Shown: one piece after another, positions 26,412 to 37,049 of the stretch
Layout: every line of letters starts with the position of its first letter
Position numbering within the stretch: position 1 is the first letter of the stretch
Assembly (NCBI GenBank): GCA_031400185.1
Contig: JANNPN010000182.1
Span: forward strand, 5,895 to 69,894
Source: Polyangiaceae bacterium
GTDB lineage: Bacteria > Desulfobacterota > Binatia > UTPRO1
Length of the DNA stretch: 64,000 nucleotides
Direction of reading: 5' to 3'
The notes under the pieces: generated by a model
The model's database searches: none
The model's input: only the letters and a program-made list of their open reading frames with translations
Told to the model about the DNA's origin: nothing
Made by a program: the position numbers and the translations under genes

Positions 26412-27151
26412 CGCTCGCCGGTCAGGTCGCGCTCGTGACCGGTGCGTCGCGGGGCATCGGCGCGGCGATCGCCCGTGAGCTCGCGGCCTCCGGCGCGCAC
26501 GTCGTGCTGGGCTGCCGCGCGCAGCGCGAGCAGGCCGAGGCGATCGTCGGCGAAATCGCGGCGCGCGGAGGCTCTGCGGAAGCGGTGAGCTTCGACGTTG
26601 CGAACGGCGCGGAGGTCGATGCGGCCGTCCGGGAGATGCTCGCGCGCCTTGGCAAGATAGACGTTCTGGTAAATAATGCCGGCGTTTCTGCGGACGCCCT
26701 GATCGTACGCATCACCGACGATCAGTGGCAGCGTGTCCTCGACGTCAACCTCAAGGGGGTCTTCAACTGCACCAAGTCCGTCGCCCGTTCGATGATGCGG
26801 GCGCGGAGTGGTCGAATCGTCAACCTCAGCTCGGTCGTGGGCGTCACGGGCAATGCGGGACAGGCGGCCTACGCCGCCGCGAAGGCCGGAATCATCGGGT
26901 TCACCAAATCGACCGCGCGTGAGCTCGCGTCGCGGGGCGTCACCGCCAACGCAGTGGCACCCGGAATCATCGAGACCGACATGACCGAAGCCCTGGACGC
27001 GAGCACGAAGGAGATGTACCGAGCCATGGTCCCCCTCGGCCGATTGGGGCGGGGGGAGGACGTCGCAGCCGCCGTCACCTTTCTCGCGGGTCCGGGCGCG
27101 AGCTACATCACGGGACAAGTCATTCACATCAACGGCGGTATGTACGTGTGA
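26408..27151 (+). CDS. fabG: 3-oxoacyl-ACP reductase
   Basis: The SDR motif TGASRGIGAAIA, plus NAG..., S...YxxxK and PGIIETDMT. GTG overlaps the fabD stop. Confidence 0.9.
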   Translation: MTLAGQVALVTGASRGIGAAIARELAASGAHVVLGCRAQREQAEAIVGEIAARGGSAEAVSFDVANGAEVDAAVREMLARLGKIDVLVNNAGVSADALIVRITDDQWQRVLDVNLKGVFNCTKSVARSMMRARSGRIVNLSSVVGVTGNAGQAAYAAAKAGIIGFTKSTARELASRGVTANAVAPGIIETDMTEALDASTKEMYRAMVPLGRLGRGEDVAAAVTFLAGPGASYITGQVIHINGGMYV

Positions 27152-27160
27152 GGAGGAAGC

Positions 27161-27397
27161 ATGGCATCAGCGGTTGAGGCCAAGGTACGCGAGATCATCT
27201 GCGAGCAGCTTGGCGTCAGTGAAGACGAGGTCACGCCCGAGGCGTCGTTCATCGAGGATCTCGGTGCCGACTCGTTGGACATCGTCGAGCTGGTGATGGC
27301 CCTGGAGGAAGAGTACGAGATGGAGATCTCGGACGAAGAGGCCGAGAAGATCCGCACCGTGCAGGACGTAGTGAACTACATCGAAAGTCAGAAGTAG
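27161..27397 (+). CDS. acpP: acyl carrier protein
   Basis: [20 protein letters not shown] with the conserved Ser. 78 aa. Confidence 0.95.
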   Translation: MASAVEAKVREIICEQLGVSEDEVTPEASFIEDLGADSLDIVELVMALEEEYEMEISDEEAEKIRTVQDVVNYIESQK

Positions 27398-27463
27398 AGG
27401 GAGCGTCGGTCGGCGTTGCCTGTCGATCCGGCGACGCTCGACGCTCCGGGGTTGCGTGACGAT

Positions 27464-27512
27464 CGCAGAGGCCCGCCGACGTCGTACGGAAGGGCCAGCT
27501 CTGCGTTTTTTA
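27464..27512 (+). terminator. putative intrinsic terminator after acpP (structured stem followed by TTTTTT)
   Basis: cGCAGAG ... CTCTGCg outer stem with an inner GGCCC/GGGCC stem and a CGACGTCG palindrome. A T6 run follows at 27506-27511. Confidence 0.4.
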
Positions 27513-27547
27513 GCGGTGAAGGACGCTCCGAGCGAGGGACGCGAAGC

Positions 27548-28831
27548 ATGACCACCAGCCATCTAGCCACGGCAGATCCGGAAGTGATGGACGCCATCCG
27601 TCGCGAGACGGGGCGGCAACAAAAGAACCTCGAGCTTATCGCATCCGAGAACATCGTGAGCGAAGCCGTGCTCGAGGCGCAGGGCTCGGTCCTCACCAAC
27701 AAGTACGCCGAGGGGTACTCGGGGAAGCGCTACTACGGCGGGTGCGAGTTCGTAGACGTCGTCGAGGACCTGGCGATCGCACGCGTGAAGGAGCTCTTCG
27801 GCGCCGAGCACGCCAACGTGCAGCCGCATTCGGGCTCGCAGGCCAACATGGCCGTGTATTTTTCGCAGCTCGAGCCGGGCGCGACGATGCTCGCCATGAA
27901 CCTGAGCCACGGCGGACATCTTACCCACGGGAGTCCCGTCAACTTCTCTGGCAAGTTCTTCAACGTCGTCCACTACGGCGTTCGCGAGTCGGACCACCGG
28001 CTCGACTACGAGCAACTCGAGGCGCTCGCTCGCCAGCACCGTCCGAAGATGATCGTCGCCGGCTACAGCGCGTACCCGCGCGATCTCGACTTCGCCCGGT
28101 TCCGCGCGATAGCGGACGACGTCGGTGCGCTGTTGATGACCGACATGGCGCACTTCGCAGGGCTGGTCGCCGCGGGGGTTCACGCGTCGCCCGTGCCGCA
28201 CTGCGACTTCGTGACCAGTACGACGCACAAGACGCTGCGCGGGCCGCGCGGCGGCCTCATCCTCTGCAAGGAGAAGCACGCCAAGAGCGTGAACTCGTCC
28301 GTCTTTCCGGGTAACCAGGGCGGCCCGCTGATGCACGCGATCGCCGCGAAGGCGGTCGCCTTCAAAGAAGCGCTCGCCCCGGAGTTCAAGGCGTATCAGC
28401 GGCAGACCGTCGCCAACGCGAAGGCCCTCGCGGCGAGCCTCATCGAGCACGGGTTTCAGCTGCTGACGGGCGGCACCGACAACCACCTCATGATGATGGA
28501 TCTCCGCGGCAGCGAGCTCACCGGCAAGGTCGCCGAGGCGACGCTCGACCGGGCGCGTATCACGGTGAACAAGAACACCGTGCCGTTCGACCCGCGTTCG
28601 CCGATGGTGACGAGCGGCGTGCGGATCGGAACGCCGGCGGTGACGTCGCGGGGCATGCGCGAGCCGGAGATGGCCGTCATCGGCGGGCTCGTGGCGCAGG
28701 CGCTCTCGCGGGTGGGGGACGAGGGCGGGCTGCGGGCGATCGGCGACGAGGTCGAGGCGCTGTGCGCGCGCTTCCCGATTTATCTCGAGCGGCCTTCGGA
28801 CCGCTCGGCGCCTGAACGCGTCGGGGCGTAG
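27548..28831 (+). CDS. glyA: serine hydroxymethyltransferase
   Basis: [30 protein letters not shown]; PLP site [14 protein letters not shown] at 27548 with a GAGGGA RBS. The upstream extension was discarded. Confidence 0.95.
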   Translation: MTTSHLATADPEVMDAIRRETGRQQKNLELIASENIVSEAVLEAQGSVLTNKYAEGYSGKRYYGGCEFVDVVEDLAIARVKELFGAEHANVQPHSGSQANMAVYFSQLEPGATMLAMNLSHGGHLTHGSPVNFSGKFFNVVHYGVRESDHRLDYEQLEALARQHRPKMIVAGYSAYPRDLDFARFRAIADDVGALLMTDMAHFAGLVAAGVHASPVPHCDFVTSTTHKTLRGPRGGLILCKEKHAKSVNSSVFPGNQGGPLMHAIAAKAVAFKEALAPEFKAYQRQTVANAKALAASLIEHGFQLLTGGTDNHLMMMDLRGSELTGKVAEATLDRARITVNKNTVPFDPRSPMVTSGVRIGTPAVTSRGMREPEMAVIGGLVAQALSRVGDEGGLRAIGDEVEALCARFPIYLERPSDRSAPERVGA

Positions 28832-28837
28832 TCGCCA

Positions 28838-29329
28838 GTGAAGTGCCCCTTCTGCCGCGATCTCGAGAACAAGGTCATCGATTCGCGTCTCTCGAAAGAG
28901 GGTGATGTCATCCGGCGGCGCCGCGAGTGTCTGCAGTGCACGCGGCGCTTCACGACCTACGAGCGTGCCGAGGAAGCATTCCCGCTGATCGTCAAGAAGG
29001 ATGGCCGACGGGAGCCGTTCGACCGCATGAAGATCGTCGCGGGCCTCAAGCGGGCCTGCGAGAAGCGGCCCGTGGGCATTGAGGCGATCGAAGCGGTTGT
29101 CGACCGGATCGAGCGCGGGCTGCAAGAGCGCGGCGAGAAGGAGCTCCCGAGCTCGACCATAGGTGAGGCGTTGATGCGCGAGCTCCACGGCCTCGACAAG
29201 GTCGCCTACGTGCGTTTTGCCTCGGTGTATCGGTCTTTCGAGGACATCGGCGAGTTCATGGAGGAGCTCGAGACGCTGCTGAAGGAGCGCCGTCACGACG
29301 CGCAAAGCCGGAAGCCGAAGGACCGCTGA
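28838..29329 (+). CDS. nrdR: transcriptional repressor NrdR
   Basis: [17 protein letters not shown]...[12 protein letters not shown] zinc ribbon plus an ATP-cone domain. Confidence 0.95.
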   Translation: MKCPFCRDLENKVIDSRLSKEGDVIRRRRECLQCTRRFTTYERAEEAFPLIVKKDGRREPFDRMKIVAGLKRACEKRPVGIEAIEAVVDRIERGLQERGEKELPSSTIGEALMRELHGLDKVAYVRFASVYRSFEDIGEFMEELETLLKERRHDAQSRKPKDR

Positions 29330-29354
29330 GCCATCCGCCACCGACGCGCGCTGG

Positions 29355-30425
29355 ATGCGGCGCGCGGCCGCGCTCGCCGAGCGTGCGATCGGGCGGACCA
29401 GCCCGAACCCTCCGGTCGGCGCGGTGATCGTGAAGGGGGGGCGCGTCGTCGGCGAAGGCTCGACGCGGCCCGCAGGTGGCCCCCACGCCGAGGTCGTAGC
29501 GCTCCGGCGCGCGGGCACGCGGGCGCGCGGCGCGACGCTCTATGTGACGCTCGAGCCGTGCGCGCACTTCGGACGCACGCCGCCGTGCGCGGACGCCGTG
29601 CTCGCGGCCGGGCTCGCGCGGGTCGTCGTGGCCGTCGGCGACCCGAACCCGCGCGTGCGCGGCCGTGGGCTCCGCCGGCTCCGCGCGGCGGGCATTGCGG
29701 TCACGACCGGCGTGCTCGCGGAGGAAGCGGGCGCCGCGTCGCACTGGTTCCGCCACTTCGTCGTTCACCGAAGACCCTACGTGCTGCTGAAGCTCGCGGC
29801 GTCGCTCGACGGGCGGATCGCGACCGCGCGTGGTGAGTCGCGCTGGATCAGCGGCGCGGCCGCACGCCGCTGGGTGCACGAGCTCCGGAACCGCGTCGAC
29901 GCGGTGATGGTCGGCTCGGGCACGGTCCTCGCCGACGACCCCGCGCTCACCTGTCGCATCCCGCGGGGGCGCGACCCGATGCGTGTTGTCGTCGACGGCG
30001 GGTTGCGTATGACGCCGCGGGCGACGGTCCTTCGCCAGCGCTCCATCGCGCCGACCCTCGTCGTGACGACCGCGGCGGCGTCGAGGGCGCGACGGCGGAC
30101 GCTCGAGCGGGCGGGCGCAGAGGTCGTGGTCGTCCCGGCACGCAGCGGCAAGGTGTCGCTCGTCGCGCTGCTGCGCGCGCTTGCCGCCCGCGACGTCGTG
30201 AGCGTGCTGATCGAGGGGGGAGGGGAGCTCGCCGCGGCCGCGCTCCGGGCGCGCGTCGTCGACCGTGTCCTACTGGTGACCGCACCCATGCTGATCGGGG
30301 GCGACGGCCGTCCCATGCTGGGAGCCCTCGGCGCGAGCCGGCTCGCGTCCGTCCCCCGGCTCGTCGACGAACGGATCACCCGCCTCGGAGCGGATCTCGT
30401 GCGCGAAGGCACGGTGGCATACTGA
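29355..30425 (+). CDS. ribD: bifunctional riboflavin biosynthesis deaminase/reductase RibD
   Basis: The CMP/dCMP deaminase motif HAEVVAL...TLEPCAHFGRTPPC, plus a C-terminal RibD reductase domain. Confidence 0.9.
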   Translation: MRRAAALAERAIGRTSPNPPVGAVIVKGGRVVGEGSTRPAGGPHAEVVALRRAGTRARGATLYVTLEPCAHFGRTPPCADAVLAAGLARVVVAVGDPNPRVRGRGLRRLRAAGIAVTTGVLAEEAGAASHWFRHFVVHRRPYVLLKLAASLDGRIATARGESRWISGAAARRWVHELRNRVDAVMVGSGTVLADDPALTCRIPRGRDPMRVVVDGGLRMTPRATVLRQRSIAPTLVVTTAAASRARRRTLERAGAEVVVVPARSGKVSLVALLRALAARDVVSVLIEGGGELAAAALRARVVDRVLLVTAPMLIGGDGRPMLGALGASRLASVPRLVDERITRLGADLVREGTVAY

Positions 30426-31663
30426 TGGGGAGGGGCTATAGTGCCCGGACCCGCATGTTGTCCCCGATCGAAGAGATTCTCGCCGACGTCCGGGCGGGCT
30501 CGATGGTTGCTTTGGTCGACGAGCGCGAGGATGCCGAGGGCGTGCTGTGCGTGGCGGCCGAGCGGGTGACGCCGGAAGCGATCAACTTCATGGCGACGCA
30601 CGCGCGCGGCCTGATCTGCCTGGCCCTCACCGACGGTCGGATGCGCCGGCTCGGGATTCCGCTCCTCGGGAACCCCCTGGCGCCGAACCGCCAGCCCGCG
30701 TTCGGCGCCTCGATCGAAGCCCGGACCGGCGTCACGACCGGCATCTCCGCGGGCGACCGCGCACGGACCATCCGGGTCGCCGTCGCCGACGGCACCGAGG
30801 CCAAAGACCTCGCGATGCCGGGGCACGTGTTCCCGATCCAGGTGCAGCGCGGCGGCGTGCTCGCGCATCGCCGCCATCCCGAGGGATCCGTGGATCTCAT
30901 GCGGCTCGCCGGCATGCGGCCGGCGGCGGTCCTCTGCACGGTGCTTTGCGAGGACGGTTCGGTCGCAACCCGCGCCGACATCGAGCGGCTCGTGGTCGAG
31001 CACGACCTCCGGATGACGACGCTCGGGGCGCTCGGGGCGCATCGCTTGCGGAGCGAGCTGCTCGTGGAGCGTGTGGTCGAGTCGGATTTCACGACCGCCA
31101 ACGGCGGCCGATATCGCGCGATCGTCTATCGGAACGCCGTCGATCGCCACGAGCACATGGCCCTTGTGAAGGGCACGCTCAGGCCGACCGACGTGCCGCT
31201 CGTGCGGGTGCACTCGCAATGCCTCACGGGCGACGTGTTCCTGTCCGAGCGCTGTGACTGCGGCGAGCAGCTCGACCAGGCGCTGCGCATCATCGAGTCG
31301 CTCGGGCAGGGCGTGGTCGTCTACATGCATCAGGAGGGCCGCGGCATCGGCCTCGCCAACAAGATCCGCGCGTATGCCCTCCAGGACCAGGGACGCGACA
31401 CCGTCGAGGCCAACCTCGAGCTCGGCTTCGAGGAGGACCTCAGGGACTACGGCATCAGCGCTCAGATCCTCCGCGACCTCGGGATCCGCCGCGTGAAGCT
31501 CCTGACGAACAACCCGCGGAAGGTCGTCGGCCTCGAGGCATACGGCATCGAGGTCGACGAGCGCGTCCCGCTCGAGGTGCCGGCCCGGAGCGGCAACCTG
31601 GCGTATCTGCGCACCAAGCAGGAGAAGCTCGGCCACCTCTTCACCGGCTTGAAGCCGAGCTGA
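30425..31663 (+). CDS. ribBA: bifunctional 3,4-dihydroxy-2-butanone-4-phosphate synthase / GTP cyclohydrolase II
   Basis: The DHBP synthase part (VDEREDAEGVL...RTGVTTGISAGDRA) is followed by the GCH-II part (HSQCLTGDVFLSERCDCG). The ATG overlaps the ribD stop (TGATG). Confidence 0.9.
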   Translation: MGRGYSARTRMLSPIEEILADVRAGSMVALVDEREDAEGVLCVAAERVTPEAINFMATHARGLICLALTDGRMRRLGIPLLGNPLAPNRQPAFGASIEARTGVTTGISAGDRARTIRVAVADGTEAKDLAMPGHVFPIQVQRGGVLAHRRHPEGSVDLMRLAGMRPAAVLCTVLCEDGSVATRADIERLVVEHDLRMTTLGALGAHRLRSELLVERVVESDFTTANGGRYRAIVYRNAVDRHEHMALVKGTLRPTDVPLVRVHSQCLTGDVFLSERCDCGEQLDQALRIIESLGQGVVVYMHQEGRGIGLANKIRAYALQDQGRDTVEANLELGFEEDLRDYGISAQILRDLGIRRVKLLTNNPRKVVGLEAYGIEVDERVPLEVPARSGNLAYLRTKQEKLGHLFTGLKPS

Positions 31664-31681
31664 CGCCACGGAGTCCGATGG

Positions 31682-32149
31682 ATGGCACGTGAGCTCACAG
31701 GGCCGCTCGAGGGTCGGGGACTGCGATTCGGCATCGTCGTGTCGCGCTTCAACCGCAGCATCACGGCGCCACTGCTCGCCGGCGCGCTCGAAGCGCTCAC
31801 AGTGCACGGCATCTCCGACGACGACGTCGTCGTGGCGCACGTGCCCGGGGCCTTCGAAATCCCGTTCGCGGCCGACGCCATGGCGCGCAGCGGGCAGTAC
31901 CACGCGCTCATCTGTCTCGGGGCCGTCGTGCGCGGCGAGACGCCGCACTTCGACTACATCTGCGCCGAGGTCACCCGCGGGGTCGGCCGCATCGTCGCCG
32001 AGCACCGCCTGCCGGCGGCGTTTGGCGTCCTCACCACGGACACGATAGAGCAGGCGCTCGCGCGTGCCGGCGAGGGGCACGGCAACAAGGGGTACGAGGC
32101 CGCGGTGACGGCGATCGAGATGGCGCAGCTCGCGCGCCTCTTGGAATGA
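31682..32149 (+). CDS. ribH: 6,7-dimethyl-8-ribityllumazine synthase
   Basis: [13 protein letters not shown]...VPGAFEIP...[18 protein letters not shown]. Confidence 0.9.
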   Translation: MARELTGPLEGRGLRFGIVVSRFNRSITAPLLAGALEALTVHGISDDDVVVAHVPGAFEIPFAADAMARSGQYHALICLGAVVRGETPHFDYICAEVTRGVGRIVAEHRLPAAFGVLTTDTIEQALARAGEGHGNKGYEAAVTAIEMAQLARLLE

Positions 32150-32183
32150 CGGCGCGCACGCGCCGGTTGGTGACGAATCCACG

Positions 32184-32612
32184 ATGGGCATGCGACGAAA
32201 AGGGCGGGAGCTGGCGCTGCAGGCGCTCTACCAGATCGACCTCCGCGGCGACGATGCGGGAGTGGCGATTGGCACGTTCTTCGAGCATTGCGACGCCCCG
32301 AACGACGCGCGCACCTTCGGGGAGGATCTCGTCGGCGGCGTGCTGGACGAGCGGACGCGCATCGATGAGCTGATCGGAGCCAGCTCGGACAACTGGCGCG
32401 TCGACAGGTTGTCGCTCGTCGATCGCAACATCCTGCGGGTCGCCACCTACGAGCTTCTCTGCCGGCGTGACGTGCCCGCGAGCGTCGCGATCGACGAGGC
32501 CATCGAGATCGCCAAGCGCTTCGGCAGCGACGAGTCGGCGACGTTCGTGAACGGTGTGCTCGACCACATCGCCGCCACGGTGGGTGCCAAAGAGCGCCGC
32601 CGCGCGCTCTAG
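32184..32612 (+). CDS. nusB: transcription antitermination factor NusB
   Basis: RRKGRELALQALYQIDL...; downstream of ribH, as in the conserved synteny. Confidence 0.9.
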   Translation: MGMRRKGRELALQALYQIDLRGDDAGVAIGTFFEHCDAPNDARTFGEDLVGGVLDERTRIDELIGASSDNWRVDRLSLVDRNILRVATYELLCRRDVPASVAIDEAIEIAKRFGSDESATFVNGVLDHIAATVGAKERRRAL

Positions 32613-32621
32613 GCTCGCTGC

Positions 32622-35117
32622 ATGGAGCACCGCTACGATCCCCGCGCGGTCGAGCTGCGCTGGCAAGAGCGCTGGGCGGCCGACCGCACGCACCACGCCG
32701 AAGCCGACCCGTCACGCCCGAAGTTCTATTGCCTCGAGATGTTCCCGTATCCATCCGGGCGCATTCACATGGGGCACGTCCGGAACTACACGATCGGCGA
32801 CGTGGTGGCGCGGCAGCGTCGCATGCGCGGCTTCAACGTGCTCCACCCTATCGGGTGGGACGCGTTCGGGATGCCGGCCGAGAACGCCGCGATCGAGCGC
32901 GGCGCTCACCCCGCCGACTGGACCCGCGACAACATCGCCTACATGCGCGAGCAGATTCGCCGCATGGGATTCAGCTACGACTGGGACCGGGAGCTCGCGA
33001 CTTGCGACCCCATCTATTATCGCTGGGAGCAGGCGTTCTTCGTGGCGATGCTCGAGCGCGGGCTGGCGTATCGGCGGAAGTCCATCGTCAACTGGTGCGA
33101 GCGCTGCCAGACGGTGCTCGCGAACGAGCAGGTCGAGGACGGGAAGTGCTGGCGCTGCGAGTCAGTGGTGCAAGAGCGCGACCTCGAGCAGTGGTTCCTC
33201 CGCATCACCGCCTACGCCGACGAGCTGCTGGCGGGCTGCGATCGACTCTCCGGATGGCCGGAGAAGGTGCTCGTCATGCAGCGGCACTGGATCGGACGGA
33301 GCACCGGGGCGGAGCTGCGTTTTCCGCTCGACGGCCGCGACGGTGACGTCCGCGTGTTCACGACCCGCCCCGACACCGTCTTCGGCGCGACCTTCGTGAG
33401 CCTCGCAGTCGAGCACCCGCTCGTCGGCGACCTCTCGCGCGGCACGAGCGAGGAGGCGAAGGTCGCCGCGTTCGTTCAGAAGGTGCGTGTCCAGTCGCCC
33501 GACGAGCGGGCCGAGGGAAAGGACGGTGTCTTCACGGGCGCGTATTGCCGGAACCCGTTCACCGGCGAGCGCCTGCCGATCTACGCAGCGAGCTTCGTGC
33601 TGATGGCATACGGCGCAGGGGCGGTGATGGCGGTGCCCGCGCACGACCAACGCGATTTCGAGTTTGCACGCGCGCACGACCTACCCGTGCGCGTCGTCGT
33701 GCAGCCGGACGGGCCTCCGCTCCTGGCGGGGAGCATGGATGCGGCGCACGAAGGCTCCGGAACCCTCGTGGCATCAGGCGAGTTCGACGGGCTACCGAGC
33801 GAAGCAGGGAAGACGCGTATCACCGAGGCCGCCGCCGCCCGCGGCATCGGACGCAGCGAGACGCAGTACCGGTTGCGTGACTGGGGCGTCTCGCGGCAGC
33901 GCTACTGGGGTACGCCGATCCCGGTCGTGTATTGCGAGCGCGACGGCATCGTCCCGGTGCCGCTCGCCGAGTTGCCGGTGCTTCTACCCGTGGATGCGGA
34001 GTTCACGGGGTCCGGTGGTTCACCGCTCGCGAGGCTCGAGCACTTCGTGCAGACCACGTGCCCGACGTGCAAGGGTCCGGCGCGCCGGGAGACCGACACG
34101 TTCGACACCTTCATGGAGTCGTCGTGGTACTTCCTGCGCTACACCGGGCCGGAGAACACGACGCGTGCGTTCGATCCCGAGGCGATCCGCTATTGGATGC
34201 CGGTCGATCAGTACATCGGCGGGGTGGAGCACGCAGTCTTGCACCTGCTCTACGCCCGCTTCTTCACGAAGGTGCTGCGCGACCTCGGCGAGATCCCCGA
34301 TTGGGAGCCGCCGGGCCAGACGATCGAGCCCTTCGCGAATCTGCTGACTCAGGGCATGGTCATCAAGGACGGCGCCAAGATGAGCAAGTCGAAGGGCAAC
34401 GTCGTCGACCCCGACTACCTGATCGAGCGTTACGGTGCGGACACGGCGCGTCTCTTCTCGATCTTCGCGGCGCCGCCCGAGCGCGACCTCGACTGGAGCG
34501 ACCAGGGCGTTGAGGGCGCGTCGCGCTTCCTCCACCGCATCTGGCGGGTCGTCGCCCGCGGCCAGGCGTGGCTCGCGGCGCCGCTGGATCCGGCCCCGAC
34601 CGACACGAGCGACGCGGCCCGGACGCTCCGCCGTCTGACGCACAAGACGATCGCCCGTGTCACCGACGACATCGAGCGGCGGAACCATTTCAACACGGCG
34701 GTGGCGGCGGTCATGGAGCTCGTGAACGGCTACGGCGAGCTCATCCAGGACGAGCCGCCTGCCGATCCGAGCCTGCGCTCGGCGATTCGGGAGGCGGTGC
34801 GGACGACGCTCGTGCTGCTGGCGCCCTTCGTCCCTCACATCACGAGCGAGCTGTGGGACGTGGTCGGCGGCGGCGTCCCGCTCGCGGGAACACCCTGGCC
34901 GGACGCGGACCCGTCGGCGCTGGTCGAGGACGTGGTCGAGCTCGTCGTGCAGGTGAACGGCAAGGTGCGCGGACGCTTCACTGCCGCGCCGGACATCGCC
35001 GACGACGAGCTCCTCGCGCGTGCGCTCGCGGATCCCAAGGTGCAGGCCCTGGTCGCCGGGAAGACGATTCGGAAGACGCACGTCGTGCCGGGTCGCCTGG
35101 TCAGCATCGTCGTATGA
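32622..35117 (+). CDS. leuS: leucine--tRNA ligase
   Basis: HMGH motif ([15 protein letters not shown]) and KMSKS ([10 protein letters not shown]). 831 aa. Confidence 0.95.
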   Translation: MEHRYDPRAVELRWQERWAADRTHHAEADPSRPKFYCLEMFPYPSGRIHMGHVRNYTIGDVVARQRRMRGFNVLHPIGWDAFGMPAENAAIERGAHPADWTRDNIAYMREQIRRMGFSYDWDRELATCDPIYYRWEQAFFVAMLERGLAYRRKSIVNWCERCQTVLANEQVEDGKCWRCESVVQERDLEQWFLRITAYADELLAGCDRLSGWPEKVLVMQRHWIGRSTGAELRFPLDGRDGDVRVFTTRPDTVFGATFVSLAVEHPLVGDLSRGTSEEAKVAAFVQKVRVQSPDERAEGKDGVFTGAYCRNPFTGERLPIYAASFVLMAYGAGAVMAVPAHDQRDFEFARAHDLPVRVVVQPDGPPLLAGSMDAAHEGSGTLVASGEFDGLPSEAGKTRITEAAAARGIGRSETQYRLRDWGVSRQRYWGTPIPVVYCERDGIVPVPLAELPVLLPVDAEFTGSGGSPLARLEHFVQTTCPTCKGPARRETDTFDTFMESSWYFLRYTGPENTTRAFDPEAIRYWMPVDQYIGGVEHAVLHLLYARFFTKVLRDLGEIPDWEPPGQTIEPFANLLTQGMVIKDGAKMSKSKGNVVDPDYLIERYGADTARLFSIFAAPPERDLDWSDQGVEGASRFLHRIWRVVARGQAWLAAPLDPAPTDTSDAARTLRRLTHKTIARVTDDIERRNHFNTAVAAVMELVNGYGELIQDEPPADPSLRSAIREAVRTTLVLLAPFVPHITSELWDVVGGGVPLAGTPWPDADPSALVEDVVELVVQVNGKVRGRFTAAPDIADDELLARALADPKVQALVAGKTIRKTHVVPGRLVSIVV

Positions 35118-35725
35118 CCGCTCGCAGGCAGAGCGCGTTCCCCGCAGTGGCGCCCGTCGCGACGCTCGTCGTGCTGTTGCTCTGGTCGGGTTGCGGCTAT
35201 CAATTCGCGGCCGGCGGCCGGCAGTTCGAACCCGACGTCCGCACCATCGCCATCCGGACCTTCGCGAACGAGACGCGCGAGATCGGCGTCGAGAAGCGGT
35301 TGGCGATGGCGATCGAACGCGAGTTCGTGATCCGGGGCCCACTCAAGGCGGCGAAGCCGGACGAGGGGGACCTGGTGCTCACCGGCACCGTGAAGGCCGC
35401 TGAGGATCGTCCAGTCGCGTTCAACCGCGACGACGAGGTGTTGATTTACCAGACGGTGCTCGCCCTCGACCTCGATCTCCGCCGGCGCGACACGGGGAAG
35501 CTCGTCTGGAAGGTGCGCGGGCTTCGCGTCGCCGACGACTACGAGAGCGTTGCGTCCGTGGTCGTGACGACGGCCTCCGACTTCCGGAAAAGCACCCTGA
35601 ACCCCGAGGACCTTGGCGGCTTCACCGACATCCAGCTCGCGGAGACGCGGCGGCGCCAGACGCTGGAGCGCATGATCGGCACCCTCGCGAAGGACGTCTA
35701 CGACCAGATCATGGAGGACTTCTGA
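35114..35725 (+). CDS. lptE: LPS-assembly lipoprotein LptE (RlpB-like)
   Basis: The ATG overlaps the leuS stop. A signal peptide carries a lipobox-like LLLWSGCGY. The leuS-lptE-holA synteny is conserved in Proteobacteria. Confidence 0.7.
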   Translation: MTARRQSAFPAVAPVATLVVLLLWSGCGYQFAAGGRQFEPDVRTIAIRTFANETREIGVEKRLAMAIEREFVIRGPLKAAKPDEGDLVLTGTVKAAEDRPVAFNRDDEVLIYQTVLALDLDLRRRDTGKLVWKVRGLRVADDYESVASVVVTTASDFRKSTLNPEDLGGFTDIQLAETRRRQTLERMIGTLAKDVYDQIMEDF

Positions 35726-36733
35726 GTGGCGGGTGCGGGTGAGGGGGGCTCGTCGCTCTATCTGCTCGCCGAGGAGCGGCGGGGGGAGTTCGATGGCTGG
35801 CGGGCCGACCGGGCCCTCGCGGAGATCCAGCGTGGCCTCGAACGCAAGGGGGGCGTTGCCGTCCACGGCTACAACGCTGCCGAGTGCGACGTCGTGGTGG
35901 TTGCGGATGCGATCGAGACCCCGTCGCTTTTCGGGGCGCGCACGCTCGTAATCGTACGCGGCGCCGAACAGCTCGACGAGCGGAGCCAGGAGCGCCTCAC
36001 TGCCGCGCTCGACCGCCAGGCGCCGCAGGTCACCGTCGCCGTGGTGGCGCGGAGCGCCGACATGCGGCGGCGCTTTTTCGCCCGTTGCCGCGAGCTAGCG
36101 ACCCGCGTGCCGGTCGACCATCCCCGACACGGTGAGATGCGCGGCTGTGCGGACGCCTTCGCCCGCGAGCGCGGGCGTGAGCTCGGGGAGGAGGCGCGTG
36201 AGCTCCTGCTCGACTGCGTCGGCCGGGATTTGCTTCTGCTCGCGAGCGAGCTCGACAAGCTCGCCTCCGCCGTCACGGCGCGTGTGATCGGCGTCGAGGA
36301 CGTACGCCGCGTGACGGCCCCCGGGCGAGAGCACGGGAACTTCGAGGTCGCGGATGCGCTTTGCGCCCGCGATGCGGCCGCAGCAACCCGGCTCCTCGCG
36401 TGCGCGCTCGACGAAGGGGCGGCGCCGATCGCGCTCATCGGCGCGCTCGCGGCGAGCTTGAAACCGCTCGTCGCGGGGGCAGAGCTCGTGGCGCGCGGGC
36501 GGAGTGTCGACGAGGCGCTCCGCGAGCTCGCGGTCGCACCGTATCAGCGGATCGCGTGTCAGCGCGGGCTACGGGCCTATCGCCCCGGCGAGCTCCGCCG
36601 CGCGTTCAGCGAGCTCGCCGACATCGACCTCGCCGCGAAGAGCGGCGGCGACGGCCGGGCGCTCCTCGAGCTCTGGATGCTGCGGGTCTGCTCGCGAGGC
36701 GAACGCGCCCCGACGGCACCGCGGCGGCCGTGA
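35726..36733 (+). CDS. holA: DNA polymerase III delta subunit
   Basis: Size, helical C-terminus and position after lptE all fit. A GTG start abuts the lptE stop. Confidence 0.75.
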   Translation: MAGAGEGGSSLYLLAEERRGEFDGWRADRALAEIQRGLERKGGVAVHGYNAAECDVVVVADAIETPSLFGARTLVIVRGAEQLDERSQERLTAALDRQAPQVTVAVVARSADMRRRFFARCRELATRVPVDHPRHGEMRGCADAFARERGRELGEEARELLLDCVGRDLLLLASELDKLASAVTARVIGVEDVRRVTAPGREHGNFEVADALCARDAAAATRLLACALDEGAAPIALIGALAASLKPLVAGAELVARGRSVDEALRELAVAPYQRIACQRGLRAYRPGELRRAFSELADIDLAAKSGGDGRALLELWMLRVCSRGERAPTAPRRP

Positions 36734-36738
36734 CGTCG

Positions 36739-37011
36739 TCAGGCGGTGGCGGTCAGCTTCCGAACGGCGAGCGTGAGGCGCGAAATCTTCCGGGAGGCGG
36801 TGTTGCGGTGGTAGACGCCCTTGGTCGCGGCCTTGCTGATGACGCGGGTAGCGCTCAGCAGGCATTCGCTCGCTTCGGCGGCATTGCCGGAGGCGATCGA
36901 TTCGCGAAGCCGCCGTACGGAAGTGCGGACGCGCGAACGGATCGCGATATTGCGGGCCTGACGCTTGACGCTTTGACGATGACGCTTTTGTGCGGACGGA
37001 TGCTTGTTCAC
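36739..37011 (-). CDS. rpsT: 30S ribosomal protein S20
   Basis: VNKHPSAQKRHRQSVKRQARN aligns with the S20 N-terminus (ANIKSAKKRA...). A GTG start is preferred over the upstream ATG at 37068. Confidence 0.9.
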   Translation of the reverse strand: MNKHPSAQKRHRQSVKRQARNIAIRSRVRTSVRRLRESIASGNAAEASECLLSATRVISKAATKGVYHRNTASRKISRLTLAVRKLTATA

Positions 37012-37049
37012 AGTGGCGGCGCTTCTACCAGCCGACCTCACGAGCGTCA

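Noticed and set aside
27563-32191. Long minus-strand ORFs (651 aa and 804 aa) opposite glyA/nrdR and ribD/ribBA/ribH
   Set aside because: They are antisense shadows. Every sense-strand gene here has strong family signatures and conserved operon order.
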